19,825 nucleotides of DNA from Chlamydiota bacterium (GCA_037133055.1 JBAXOY010000053.1:1-19825); one strand, 5' to 3'. Shown: positions 1 through 8,449, counted from the stretch's first letter. Translations and numbers: made by a program. Notes: generated by a model not told the origin, from the sequence alone.

Positions 1-1
1 G

Positions 2-268
2 ATCATCCAGCCGAACGGACAGACGATCTACTTCGTGGATGGGGGGGGAATCTACCCCTCCGTGACGCCTTTCCTTGGCGTACGGGCTGGGCCGATCACC
101 GTGCAGACGCCGATAACCAACATCCCGATCCTGGCCATGCCGTTCAAGGGGATACCCACGGGGACGTACATCCTCGAGGGCGGGGCGGTCGATGCGACGA
201 AGACGACCAGCGTGACCGACCTGAAGTACGTCGGGACGGTGGACCGGGAGACGCTGATCGTGCAGTAA
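2..268 (+). CDS. 3' end of a gene truncated by the window start; encodes the shared subtype-A C-terminal domain (…IIQPNGQTIYF…VDRETLIVQ*)
   Basis: Open frame from base 2 to TAA at 266-268; sequence identical to the end of CDS 624-4169. The ORF-track start at 35 is an internal GTG. Confidence 0.85.
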   Translation: MIQPNGQTIYFVDGGGIYPSVTPFLGVRAGPITVQTPITNIPILAMPFKGIPTGTYILEGGAVDATKTTSVTDLKYVGTVDRETLIVQ

Positions 269-296
269 CCCTTCGCGCCACTCGAACCACTCGCAC

Positions 297-324
297 CCCA
301 GGGCAGACTTAAGTCTGCCCTGGG
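297..324. repeat. 28-bp perfect palindrome (REP-like), copy 1
   Basis: CCCAGGGCAGACTT|AAGTCTGCCCTGGG; further copies at 4198-4225, 6136-6163, 6231-6258 and a variant at 13026-13053. Confidence 0.9.
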
Positions 325-536
325 AGGGAGAAAAAGGTGGACCGGGAGACGCTGACCGTCCAGTAGAAATCCCAAATCCCAACAAAAGAGGACGGGGTTC
401 AGGCCCGGTGCGTGATTATCCGATGGGTGCCCCGGGGGGCTCACTTACCGGGGGTGCTTTCACCCTCCATCCCAACCCGTTCCCTCAAGGGGGGAGGGGG
501 AGAATGCGGGAGCCCCCCCTGAGTGACCCTGTACCC

Positions 537-567
537 CCCAAGGCGATTGACACCCAAGGCGATTGAC
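537..567 (+). promoter_or_regulatory. 15-bp tandem direct repeat containing TTGAC, in the probable promoter region of CDS 624
   Basis: CCCAAGGCGATTGAC at 537-551 and 553-567; TGGTATATA at 581-589; SD AGGAG at 613-617. Spacing to the -10 box is not canonical. Confidence 0.4.
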
Positions 568-623
568 TCTGGCCGCGCCATGGTATATACCGGACACTAA
601 TATTATCGAAAAAGGAGCCGCTC

Positions 624-3600
624 ATGACCTCTCTGTGTCCCCGCATCCGCGTTGGTGCGCTCGTCTTCTCTCTTGCGTTCGTTCCGCTCGCCGCGTATGC
701 CGCGGCCCCCGAGCCAGGCACCGTCAAGATACTGGTGCCGGCGGGCCGGGCCGATTCCGTCGAGAAACTAGCCCGTACGGGCGCCCGGTTCATCGCCGGG
801 CGGGGATACTATGACGTGTACTCGATACAGGAATCCCGCCTGCCCGCGCTCTCGACGCTGCCGGATATCCAGGCGAGGCCCGATTTCGACTCGATACTGC
901 TCCACAGGGTCACCATTGACACACGCGCGGCCGCTCCTTCACCCGCGGGAGCGCAAGGCGCCGCACACCGCGGGACAGGGCTGATGCTGGTCCAGTTCGC
1001 TGCGCCCCCGTTGGATGAGGATCTCGACCTCCTGCAAAGCGCTCCCTGCGATATCGTCCACTACATCCCCGAGAACGCGTACCTGATATGGGCCGGAGAA
1101 TCCGCGGCGGTAAAACTCCACGGCATGATGAAGGCGGGCGGGGCGATTCAGTTCGTCGGCGACTATCTTCCCTTGTACGCCCTGTCCCCCCGGCTCGACC
1201 CGTCGCTCGCAGTGGAATCGCCCGTGGATATCACCGTCCAGATATTCAACTACGGCCCCGGGGCCATAGAAACCGCCCTCGCCCTCGCCGACGCAGCCGC
1301 GGCGGTGATCGTGCCGCCGCGGGAGGCGCTCCGCGGGCGCTATATCAACGTCACGCTCGCGGTTGCGGGAACCTCGCTCGCCGGCATTGCCGAACGCCCG
1401 GAGGTGGTGTGGATCGAGCCCTATGTGGCCCCGACCCTTTCCTGCGAGCGCCAGGGCCAGATCGTCGCCGGGAACCTCAACGCCGGACAGACCCAGCCGA
1501 CCGGCCCGGGATACCTTGCCTGGCTCGCCGGGAAGGGGTTCCCGACCACCCCGTCCTCGTACCCGATCATAGATGTGGTGGATGACGGATTCGACAATGG
1601 CAGCGCCTCGAGCCCGGCCAACTCGGAATTCCGCCAGCTCAACGACCCCGCAAACCCCTCCCGCGTCCAATACGCCATCATCGCCCCCGGTGCGACTGGC
1701 ATTACGTCCCCGAACGCCGTAGCGGGGCACGGGAACATCAACTGTTCGATCATGGGCGGCTATAACGACGGGACCGGGACGCCGGCGAACGTGGACTCGT
1801 CCGGCTACCATTACGGGCTCGGCGTCTCGCCCTATGGGCGCATCGCCTCGAACAAGCTCTTTACGGACAGCGGTTCATGGGGCAATCCCAACGAAGACAC
1901 GATGGTCTCCAACCAGTACGGCGCGGGGGTGCGCGTCACCAGCAACTCGTGGGGGGCGCCCGTCGGCGGGAGCTACACCACCGACTGCCAGGACTACGAC
2001 CGCCGCACGAGAGACGCCCAGTCGGGGACGCCCGGCAACCAGGAGATGTTCTTCGTCTTCTCCGCGGGGAACGATGGTGAGGACGGCAGCAACACCGTGG
2101 GGAGCCCCGGGGGCGCAAAGAACGTCCTCTGCGTCGGGGCAAGCGAAAACTACGACAACGCGAGCGGGACTGACGGGTGCGGCATTACGAACTCCGGCGC
2201 CGACAACGCGCAGGACATCATCTCTTTCTCGAGCCGAGGCCCCTGCGACGACAGCCGGGTGAAACCGGATATCGTGGCGCCCGGAACGCACATCCACGGG
2301 GCGGCCTCATACGACCCGGCCTACAACGGGAGCGGGGTGTGCGACCAGTACAGCCCGGCCGGCCAGACCAAGTACGCTGAGTCGTCCGGGACGAGCCACT
2401 CGACCCCCGGGCTCGCCGGCTGCGCCTCCCTCGTCTACAACTACCTTGACCGCGTGTACGCGCACGCCGCGCCCAGCCCGGCCCTGCTCAAGGCGTATCT
2501 CCTTCACGCCGCGCGCCACATGACGGGCGTTTTTGCCAACGACAATCTTCCCAGCAACAGCCAGGGGTATGGCATCATCAACCTCGGCTTCGCCTTCGAT
2601 CAATCCGCGGGCCGCTATTTCATCGACCAGACGGAAATCCTGAGCAGTTCCGGCCAGACCTGGCAGGTCTCCGGCGCCATACCCGTCACGACCCAGCCTT
2701 TCAGGGTCGCCCTTGTCTGGACCGATCCTCCCGGCCCCACCTCCGGGAATGCCTATGTCAATAATCTCGACCTCCAGGTCACGGTGAACGGCACCCTCTA
2801 TCGCGGCAACAACTTCACGCTGGGGAACTCGGTCTCCGGCGGGAGCGCCGATGTGCGCAACAACACCGAGTGCGTCTTCCTCCCCGCGGGCGCCTCGGGG
2901 AGTGTCGTGATCACCGTCGTCGGGACGAGCATCGCCGGCGACGGCGTGCCCGGGAACGCGGATTTAACCGACCAGGATTTCGCCCTGGTGGTCTACAACT
3001 TCTCCGCCGACCCGACGCCTACCCCCACGATCACCCCGACCGGGCCGACAGCCACTCCGACTGAGACACCGACGGAAACGCCGACGCTCACCCCGACGAT
3101 AACACCGACATTGCCGCCTGGATCTTTGTGGTATCAGCCGGTAGGGGTGAATACCGATGCGCTTGCGAACCAGAAATTCCCGGATGATCCCACTTACGAC
3201 ATTTACATCGCTGACGATTTTCAAAACGCGGTCCCATGGATGATCGGGGGTATATTCGTTCCCGGCGATCTCTGGAACGGCGGTACAACGCTGATGAATG
3301 CCACAAGCCTGAACTGGCAAATCTACGCCGACGACAGCGGCAAACCCGACGGAGACCCGGCGGGCGGAGGCAACCCACCGGTGTGGAGTCTCTCGCTGGC
3401 GCCTGGAGACGCTCAGGTGACGATCAGTAACGGCGTGGGCGGATTGCCGTCCAACGCGACGCTGTATCTGACAACGTCCATAGCACTGGCGCCGGGGATC
3501 TACTGGCTTGTTTTTTACCCGGAGATGGAGTTTGGAACGTGTGGGCAGTACGGCAGGCACGTGGCGAATACGTCCAACGTGGCGGTAGGGCAGGTGATAA

Positions 3601-4169
3601 ACCCGGGTGGTGGATTCATTTTTCCCACGGTGTGGACTTCGATACAGGACCCGACGACGTGGGGGTTGACTGAACACGACCTTGCTTTCCAGCTTATGGA
3701 AGGAACGCTACCGACGCCGACACCCACGCCGACGAATACGCCGACGCAGATGTCTCCTACGTCGACACCTTCGCCTACGGCTCCGGCACCGGTCACCCCG
3801 ATCGACCTGACGGCGAACAAGACGACATTCAGAACGACCGATCAGATCGGGGTCACGGCCAATGTGGCGGTCATCACCACCCCGTGCTACCCGTTCGTGA
3901 GGATCATCCAGCCGAACGGACAGACGATCTACTTCGTGGATGGGGGGGGAATCTACCCCTCCGTGACGCCTTTCCTTGGCGTACGGGCTGGGCCGATCAC
4001 CGTGCAGACGCCGATAACCAACATCCCGATCCTGGCCATGCCGTTCAAGGGGATACCCACGGGGACGTACATCCTCGAGGGCGGGGCGGTCGATGCGACG
4101 AAGACGACCAGCGTGACCGACCTGAAGTACGTCGGGACGGTGGACCGGGAGACGCTGATCGTGCAGTAA
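624..4169 (+). CDS. Secreted S8 subtilase, KP-43-like, with an extra beta-rich module between two Pro/Thr linkers and a subtype-A CTD (1181 aa)
   Basis: Signal peptide (RIRVGALVFSLAFVPLAAYA); catalytic-type motifs VVDDG, GHGNIN, FSAGN, SGTSHSTP; KP-43-group motifs SNSWG, AKNVLCVGA, FSSRGP..D.RVKPDIVAPG, PSPALLKA, LVWTD.PG, VNNLDL; PTPT linkers; SD AGGAG upstream. Confidence 0.9.
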   Translation: MTSLCPRIRVGALVFSLAFVPLAAYAAAPEPGTVKILVPAGRADSVEKLARTGARFIAGRGYYDVYSIQESRLPALSTLPDIQARPDFDSILLHRVTIDTRAAAPSPAGAQGAAHRGTGLMLVQFAAPPLDEDLDLLQSAPCDIVHYIPENAYLIWAGESAAVKLHGMMKAGGAIQFVGDYLPLYALSPRLDPSLAVESPVDITVQIFNYGPGAIETALALADAAAAVIVPPREALRGRYINVTLAVAGTSLAGIAERPEVVWIEPYVAPTLSCERQGQIVAGNLNAGQTQPTGPGYLAWLAGKGFPTTPSSYPIIDVVDDGFDNGSASSPANSEFRQLNDPANPSRVQYAIIAPGATGITSPNAVAGHGNINCSIMGGYNDGTGTPANVDSSGYHYGLGVSPYGRIASNKLFTDSGSWGNPNEDTMVSNQYGAGVRVTSNSWGAPVGGSYTTDCQDYDRRTRDAQSGTPGNQEMFFVFSAGNDGEDGSNTVGSPGGAKNVLCVGASENYDNASGTDGCGITNSGADNAQDIISFSSRGPCDDSRVKPDIVAPGTHIHGAASYDPAYNGSGVCDQYSPAGQTKYAESSGTSHSTPGLAGCASLVYNYLDRVYAHAAPSPALLKAYLLHAARHMTGVFANDNLPSNSQGYGIINLGFAFDQSAGRYFIDQTEILSSSGQTWQVSGAIPVTTQPFRVALVWTDPPGPTSGNAYVNNLDLQVTVNGTLYRGNNFTLGNSVSGGSADVRNNTECVFLPAGASGSVVITVVGTSIAGDGVPGNADLTDQDFALVVYNFSADPTPTPTITPTGPTATPTETPTETPTLTPTITPTLPPGSLWYQPVGVNTDALANQKFPDDPTYDIYIADDFQNAVPWMIGGIFVPGDLWNGGTTLMNATSLNWQIYADDSGKPDGDPAGGGNPPVWSLSLAPGDAQVTISNGVGGLPSNATLYLTTSIALAPGIYWLVFYPEMEFGTCGQYGRHVANTSNVAVGQVINPGGGFIFPTVWTSIQDPTTWGLTEHDLAFQLMEGTLPTPTPTPTNTPTQMSPTSTPSPTAPAPVTPIDLTANKTTFRTTDQIGVTANVAVITTPCYPFVRIIQPNGQTIYFVDGGGIYPSVTPFLGVRAGPITVQTPITNIPILAMPFKGIPTGTYILEGGAVDATKTTSVTDLKYVGTVDRETLIVQ

Positions 4170-4366
4170 CCCTTCGCGCCACTCGAACCACTCGCACCCC
4201 AGGGCAGACTTAAGTCTGCCCTGGGAGGGAGAAAAAGGTGGACCGGGAGACGCTGACCGTCCAGTAGAAATCCCAAATCCCAACAAAAGAGGACGGGGTT
4301 CAGGCCCGGTGCGTGATTATCCGATGGGTGCCCCGGGGGGCTCACTTACCGGGGGTGCTTTCACCC
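3902..4366 (+). repeat. Direct repeat copy 2 of 1-465
   Basis: Same sequence as 1-465, including palindrome 4198-4225 and orphan gene end 4237-4267. Confidence 0.95.
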
Positions 4367-4413
4367 CCCACCCTTTCCCTCCCACTCAAGGGGCTTATCA
4401 TTACCCACATCTT

Positions 4414-4445
4414 GTCCTGTAGTTTCCCTGGTCCTGTAGTTTCCC
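4414..4445 (+). repeat. 15-bp tandem direct repeat, possible operator
   Basis: GTCCTGTAGTTTCCC at 4414-4428 and 4431-4445, just upstream of an extended -10 motif. Confidence 0.55.
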
Positions 4446-4467
4446 ATACTCTGATGCATTCCCGGCG

Positions 4468-4476
4468 TGCTATACT
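4468..4476 (+). promoter_or_regulatory. Putative extended -10 promoter element
   Basis: TGcTATACT about 90 bp upstream of ATG 4569; no clear -35 box. Confidence 0.4.
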
Positions 4477-4568
4477 GCCGTCTGTTCGAGACCATGCATC
4501 ATGCACGATCTGAGGGCATTCGATTTTGTCCCTCTCCTTGCTGTCGTTTCCCACACGGAGGTGCTCCC

Positions 4569-6107
4569 ATGAAACAGGTCTTCTCCGCCGCACTGTGCGC
4601 GGTGATCGCGCTCTCCCTCTGCGCGCCCTTAGACGCCCAGCTCGCCGACAGCGCATGGCCGATGTTCCACCAAAATGCCCGGCACACGGGGCAGAGCCAA
4701 TACGCCGGACCGTCCATACCATCTCTGGCGTGGAGTTATCGCACGGCGGACAATGTGTCTTCCTCTCCTGCGATAGGAAATGAAGGGAGGCTTTGTGTCG
4801 GGTCTTATGATAACACCATATACTGCCTGAACTCTGCGGGCGGGCTGGCGTGGAGTTATCGCGCCGCGGATGATGTGTTTTCCTCTCCTGCGATTGGGAG
4901 TGACGGAAGGATTTATGCCGGGACTCGCTTGGGCGATAACACACTATACTGCCTGGACTCCGCGGGCGGGCTGGCGTGGAGTTATCGCGTGGCGGACGAT
5001 GTGTATTCCTCTCCTGCGATTGGAAGTGACGGGAATATTTATGTCGGGTCTTATGATAACACCATATACTGCCTGAACTCTGCGGGCGGGCGGGTGTGGA
5101 GTTATCGCACAGCGGACGATGTGTTTTCCTCTCCTGCGATTGGAAGTGACGGGAGGATTTATGTCGGGTCTGATGACAACACTGTCTACTGCCTGAACTC
5201 TGCGGGCGGGCGGGTGTGGAGTTATCGCACGGCGAGCTATGTGGAGTCCTCTCCTGCGCTTGGGAGTAACGGGAGGATTTATATCGGGTCTGGTGATTTC
5301 ACTATCTACTGCCTGAGCCCTGCGGGCGGGCGGGTGTGGAGTTATCGCACGGCGGACAATGTGTCTTCCTCTCCTGCGATTGGAAGTGACGGGAGGATGT
5401 ATGCCGGGTCTAATGATGACAATCTATACTGCCTGAACTCTGCGGGCGGGCGGGTGTGGAGTTATACTGCCGGAGGCGGCATATATAGTTATTCCTCTCC
5501 CGCGATTGGGAGCGACGGGATGATTTATGTCGGATCCTATGCTAACACTATATACTGCCTGAACTCTGCGGGCGGGCTGGCGTGGAGTTATCGCACGGCG
5601 TCCGATGTGACTTCCTCTCCTGCGCTTGGGAGTGACGGGAGGATGTATGTCGGTGCCAGTTCACCAGATAAAAATATATACTGCCTTGAGCAGGTGCCGA
5701 CAGCCACGCCCACCCCGACGCCGACCGCAATCCCGCCGATCGACCTGACGGCGAACAAGACCACATTCAACACGACCGATCAGATCGGGGTCACGGCCGA
5801 TGTGGCGGTCATCTCCATCCCGTGCTACCCGTTCGTGAGGATCATCCAGCCGGACGGCTCGACGATCTACTTCGTGGATGGGGGAAAAATCTATCCCTCC
5901 GTAACGCCTTTCCTTGGTGTAAGGGCGGGGCCGATCACCGTGCAGACGGCGATAACCAACATCCCGCTCCTGGCCATGCCGTTCAAGGGGATACCCACGG
6001 GGACGTACATCCTCGAGGGCGGGGCGGTCGACGCGACGAAAACGACCTCGGTGAACAACCTGAAGTACGTCGGGACAGTGGACCGGGAGACCCTGATCGT
6101 GCAGTAA
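4569..6107 (+). CDS. Secreted PQQ-type (BamB-like) 8-bladed beta-propeller repeat protein with Pro/Thr linker and subtype-A CTD (512 aa)
   Basis: GGAGG at 4557-4561 precedes ATG 4569; signal peptide MKQVFSAALCAVIALSLCAPLDA; WPMF..NARHTG motif; eight ~40-aa repeats WSY…SSPAIGSDG.IYVGS.D..IYCL; PTATPTPTPT; CTD from 5736. Confidence 0.9.
   Translation: MKQVFSAALCAVIALSLCAPLDAQLADSAWPMFHQNARHTGQSQYAGPSIPSLAWSYRTADNVSSSPAIGNEGRLCVGSYDNTIYCLNSAGGLAWSYRAADDVFSSPAIGSDGRIYAGTRLGDNTLYCLDSAGGLAWSYRVADDVYSSPAIGSDGNIYVGSYDNTIYCLNSAGGRVWSYRTADDVFSSPAIGSDGRIYVGSDDNTVYCLNSAGGRVWSYRTASYVESSPALGSNGRIYIGSGDFTIYCLSPAGGRVWSYRTADNVSSSPAIGSDGRMYAGSNDDNLYCLNSAGGRVWSYTAGGGIYSYSSPAIGSDGMIYVGSYANTIYCLNSAGGLAWSYRTASDVTSSPALGSDGRMYVGASSPDKNIYCLEQVPTATPTPTPTAIPPIDLTANKTTFNTTDQIGVTADVAVISIPCYPFVRIIQPDGSTIYFVDGGKIYPSVTPFLGVRAGPITVQTAITNIPLLAMPFKGIPTGTYILEGGAVDATKTTSVNNLKYVGTVDRETLIVQ
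4725..5687 (+). repeat. Eight tandem intragenic repeats of 120 bp (two of 126 bp; last one partial)
   Basis: Units start at 4725, 4845, 4971, 5091, 5211, 5331, 5451 and 5577, with a strongly conserved DNA scaffold (GTGGAGTTAT, TCCTCTCC.GCG, TACTGCCT). Confidence 0.95.
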
Positions 6108-6300
6108 CCCTTCGCGCCACTTGCACCACTCGCACCCCAGGGCAGACTCAAGTCTGCCCTGGGAGGGGAAGGGTAGACCGGGAGACACTGACCGTCCGGT
6201 AACCCTTCGCACCACTTGCACCACTCGCACCCCAGGGCAGACTTAAGTCTGCCCTGGGAGGGAGAAAAAGGTGGACCGGGAGACGCTGACGGTCCGGTAG
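6077..6300 (+). repeat. Tandem 95-98-bp units: gene end (VDRETL..*) + spacer + 28-bp palindrome; three gene ends and two palindromes
   Basis: Gene-end copies at 6077-6107 (real), 6172-6202 and 6270-6300; palindromes at 6136-6163 (one mismatch) and 6231-6258. Confidence 0.9.
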
Positions 6301-6437
6301 AAATCCCAAATCCCGAACCCAAACAAAAGAGGACGGGCTTCAGTCCGCCGGCCTTTTGGGCCACTGCCCGCCGGCCTTCCGAAGGGATGGCGTGACGGCC
6401 CCCCTGTGAAACCGCCTGCGCGCAAGCGTAGCGGTGT

Positions 6438-6466
6438 TTGAGTTAATCCATTACGCGTGCTATGCT
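6438..6466 (+). promoter_or_regulatory. Putative sigma70 promoter for CDS 6569
   Basis: TTGAGT (6438-6443), 17-bp spacer ending in TGc, TATGCT (6461-6466). Confidence 0.55.
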
Positions 6467-6568
6467 TTTTAGCAGGACCGTCGGGTGAAATGTGAGAAAA
6501 CAAGGTTTCTCCAGTATATAATGGCGAAGCATAACCACAACGCAGTACTCACTTCGGAGGATGGGATT

Positions 6569-8449
6569 ATGAAGACACGACGTATCGCGGCGCATGCGCT
6601 TGCAGTGGGCGCGGCCCTCGCGGTGGCGATGAGCGTGTTCACGGGCACGGGCTATGCTTTGAATGCCGCGTCAGTGAAGGATATCTCGGCTCTTTCTCAA
6701 AGCCCCAAGATCCTTGCGAATAATTCGGCACTCGACGATTTCAAGAGCGGGGCGATAACGGCTCGCGTGATCGTGAATCTGCGCAAGCCGGCAAGGACGG
6801 CGGAGTCCCCCGATTTGGCGGATTTGGGTGTCAGGCGGAAGGCGCAGGAATCCGTGCAATCGACGCTGGACAGGGTTATCGGATCCCTGAATCCCGGCGA
6901 GATAAAAATCACCACCCGGTTTGTGTATATCTACGGATTCGCCGCCGAAGTGACGCTCGAGGGCCTTCAGGAATTGATCGGTAACAGTGATGTCGTTTCA
7001 ATTGAAAAGGTGCAGATCCTCTATCCCCAGCTGGCTCAGGGAATCCCCCTGATGAACGCCTCCACCGTGAGAAACACCTACAACGGGTCGGGCATTTCAA
7101 TCGCCATCTGCGACACGGGGATAGACTACACCCACCCGAGACTGGGGGGGGGCGGGTTTCCCAACAGCAAGGTGATCGGCGGCTATGATTGCGGCGAAAA
7201 CAAACCGGACCCCATGCCCAGACCGACTCAGAGTCACGGGACATGCTGCGCGGGGATTGCGGCGGGAGACCTCGGCACCGTAGGGGACTACATCGGCGGG
7301 GTCGCGTACAATGCCAAACTGTACGCGGTGAAGATTTCGAGGGCCGCGGGCGACGCGACCAATGAGGCGATGATAGCAGGGTGGGAGTGGTGCATCACGC
7401 ATCAAAATGACAATCCCGCCAACCCGATTAAAATCATCAGTACGAGTTTCGGCGGAGGGCGGCTTTTCAGCGCCTGTGACAGCGAGTCCCCCGCGATGAC
7501 CGCCGCCGCTAACAATGCGGTTGCGGCCGGCATCACGGTCTTCGCCGCTTCGGGCAACGACGGCTACTGCGATTCCATGGGCTGGCCGGCGTGCATTTCG
7601 AATGTCATATCCGTGGGGGCGGTGTACGACACAAACATTGGACGATCCCCCGCAGCGCCTTATGTGGGATGTATTCGAAATGGATCTTGCGTTGGGACCG
7701 CAGGTCCGCCCTGTGAAAAATGGTATATCGATTACACTACAAATGGAGATCAGGTTACTACCTATTCCAACAGCGCATCATTTTTGGGTGTCTTCGCTCC
7801 CAGTAATAACGCATACACGACTTCCATAGTCGGCGAAGGCTCTCCCCCCGGTTATGATCAGACCTTCGGAGGCACCTCGGCCGCCTGTCCCTATGCCGCC
7901 GGCGCCGCCGCGTGCCTGCAGAGCGCCGCGAAGTACCTCACCGGATCCTTCCTCACTCCCTCCCAGGTGAGATCGAAACTCATCGACACCGGCAATTTGA
8001 TCACGGACGGGAAAGTTGCGATAACCAAGCCGAGAGTCAATCTCGGCAATGCGATTGCCACTCTGCCGGTGCCGCCGATCAACCTCACGGCGAACAAGAC
8101 GACGTTCAACACGACCGATCAGATCGGGGTCTATGCCAACGTGGCTGCCGTCTCCACCCAGTGCTACCCGTTCATCCGGATCATCCAGCCGAACGGCCCG
8201 ACTCTCTACTTTGTGAACGGGGGGGAAATCAGCCCCACCGTGACGCCGTTTCTCGGTGAGGATGCGGGGCCGGTCACCGTGAATACGCCGAACCCCCTCT
8301 TCCCGATCGCAGCCATGCCGTTCAAGGGGATATCCACGGGGACGTACTACCTCGAGGGCGGGACGGTGGACGCGACGAAGACGACGTCGGTGGATAACCT
8401 GATCTACATCGGGACGGTGGACCGGGAGACGCTGACCGTAGTACCGTAA
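6569..8449 (+). CDS. Secreted S8 subtilase with I9-like propeptide and subtype-A CTD (626 aa)
   Basis: GGAGG at 6556-6560; signal peptide MKTRRIAAHALAVGAALAVA…; propeptide motif F..IYGFAAEVT..GL..L…DV.SIE; triad ICDTGID, SHGTCCAG, GGTSAACP; oxyanion AASGN; CTD from 8075. Confidence 0.9.
   Translation: MKTRRIAAHALAVGAALAVAMSVFTGTGYALNAASVKDISALSQSPKILANNSALDDFKSGAITARVIVNLRKPARTAESPDLADLGVRRKAQESVQSTLDRVIGSLNPGEIKITTRFVYIYGFAAEVTLEGLQELIGNSDVVSIEKVQILYPQLAQGIPLMNASTVRNTYNGSGISIAICDTGIDYTHPRLGGGGFPNSKVIGGYDCGENKPDPMPRPTQSHGTCCAGIAAGDLGTVGDYIGGVAYNAKLYAVKISRAAGDATNEAMIAGWEWCITHQNDNPANPIKIISTSFGGGRLFSACDSESPAMTAAANNAVAAGITVFAASGNDGYCDSMGWPACISNVISVGAVYDTNIGRSPAAPYVGCIRNGSCVGTAGPPCEKWYIDYTTNGDQVTTYSNSASFLGVFAPSNNAYTTSIVGEGSPPGYDQTFGGTSAACPYAAGAAACLQSAAKYLTGSFLTPSQVRSKLIDTGNLITDGKVAITKPRVNLGNAIATLPVPPINLTANKTTFNTTDQIGVYANVAAVSTQCYPFIRIIQPNGPTLYFVNGGEISPTVTPFLGEDAGPVTVNTPNPLFPIAAMPFKGISTGTYYLEGGTVDATKTTSVDNLIYIGTVDRETLTVVP

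Larger units (their letters stand above)
1..465 (+). repeat. Direct repeat copy 1 (CTD-coding 3' end plus ~200 bp downstream intergenic DNA)
   Basis: Matches 3902-4366 at offset 3901 with no difference seen by eye; diverges after …GGGGTGCTTTCACCC. Confidence 0.95.

Noticed and set aside
4467..4568. ORF-track N-terminal extensions (4467, 6485, 8579, 9682, 11764, 15082, 18085)
   Set aside because: Downstream ATGs have better SD sites and begin signal peptides or family N-termini; the extensions cross promoters or upstream genes.
4725..5687. Diversity-generating retroelement target/template pair
   Set aside because: No reverse transcriptase or separate non-coding template repeat in the window; differences include indels and are not evidently confined to adenines.
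4569..6107. Calling the propeller bamB or a PQQ dehydrogenase
   Set aside because: No clear lipoprotein or bam-operon context and no dehydrogenase catalytic features; only the repeat type is shared.
6077..6300. CRISPR array (28-bp palindromic repeats at ~95-bp period)
   Set aside because: The intervening sequences are copies of each other rather than unique spacers, there are only two adjacent repeats, and no cas genes are present.
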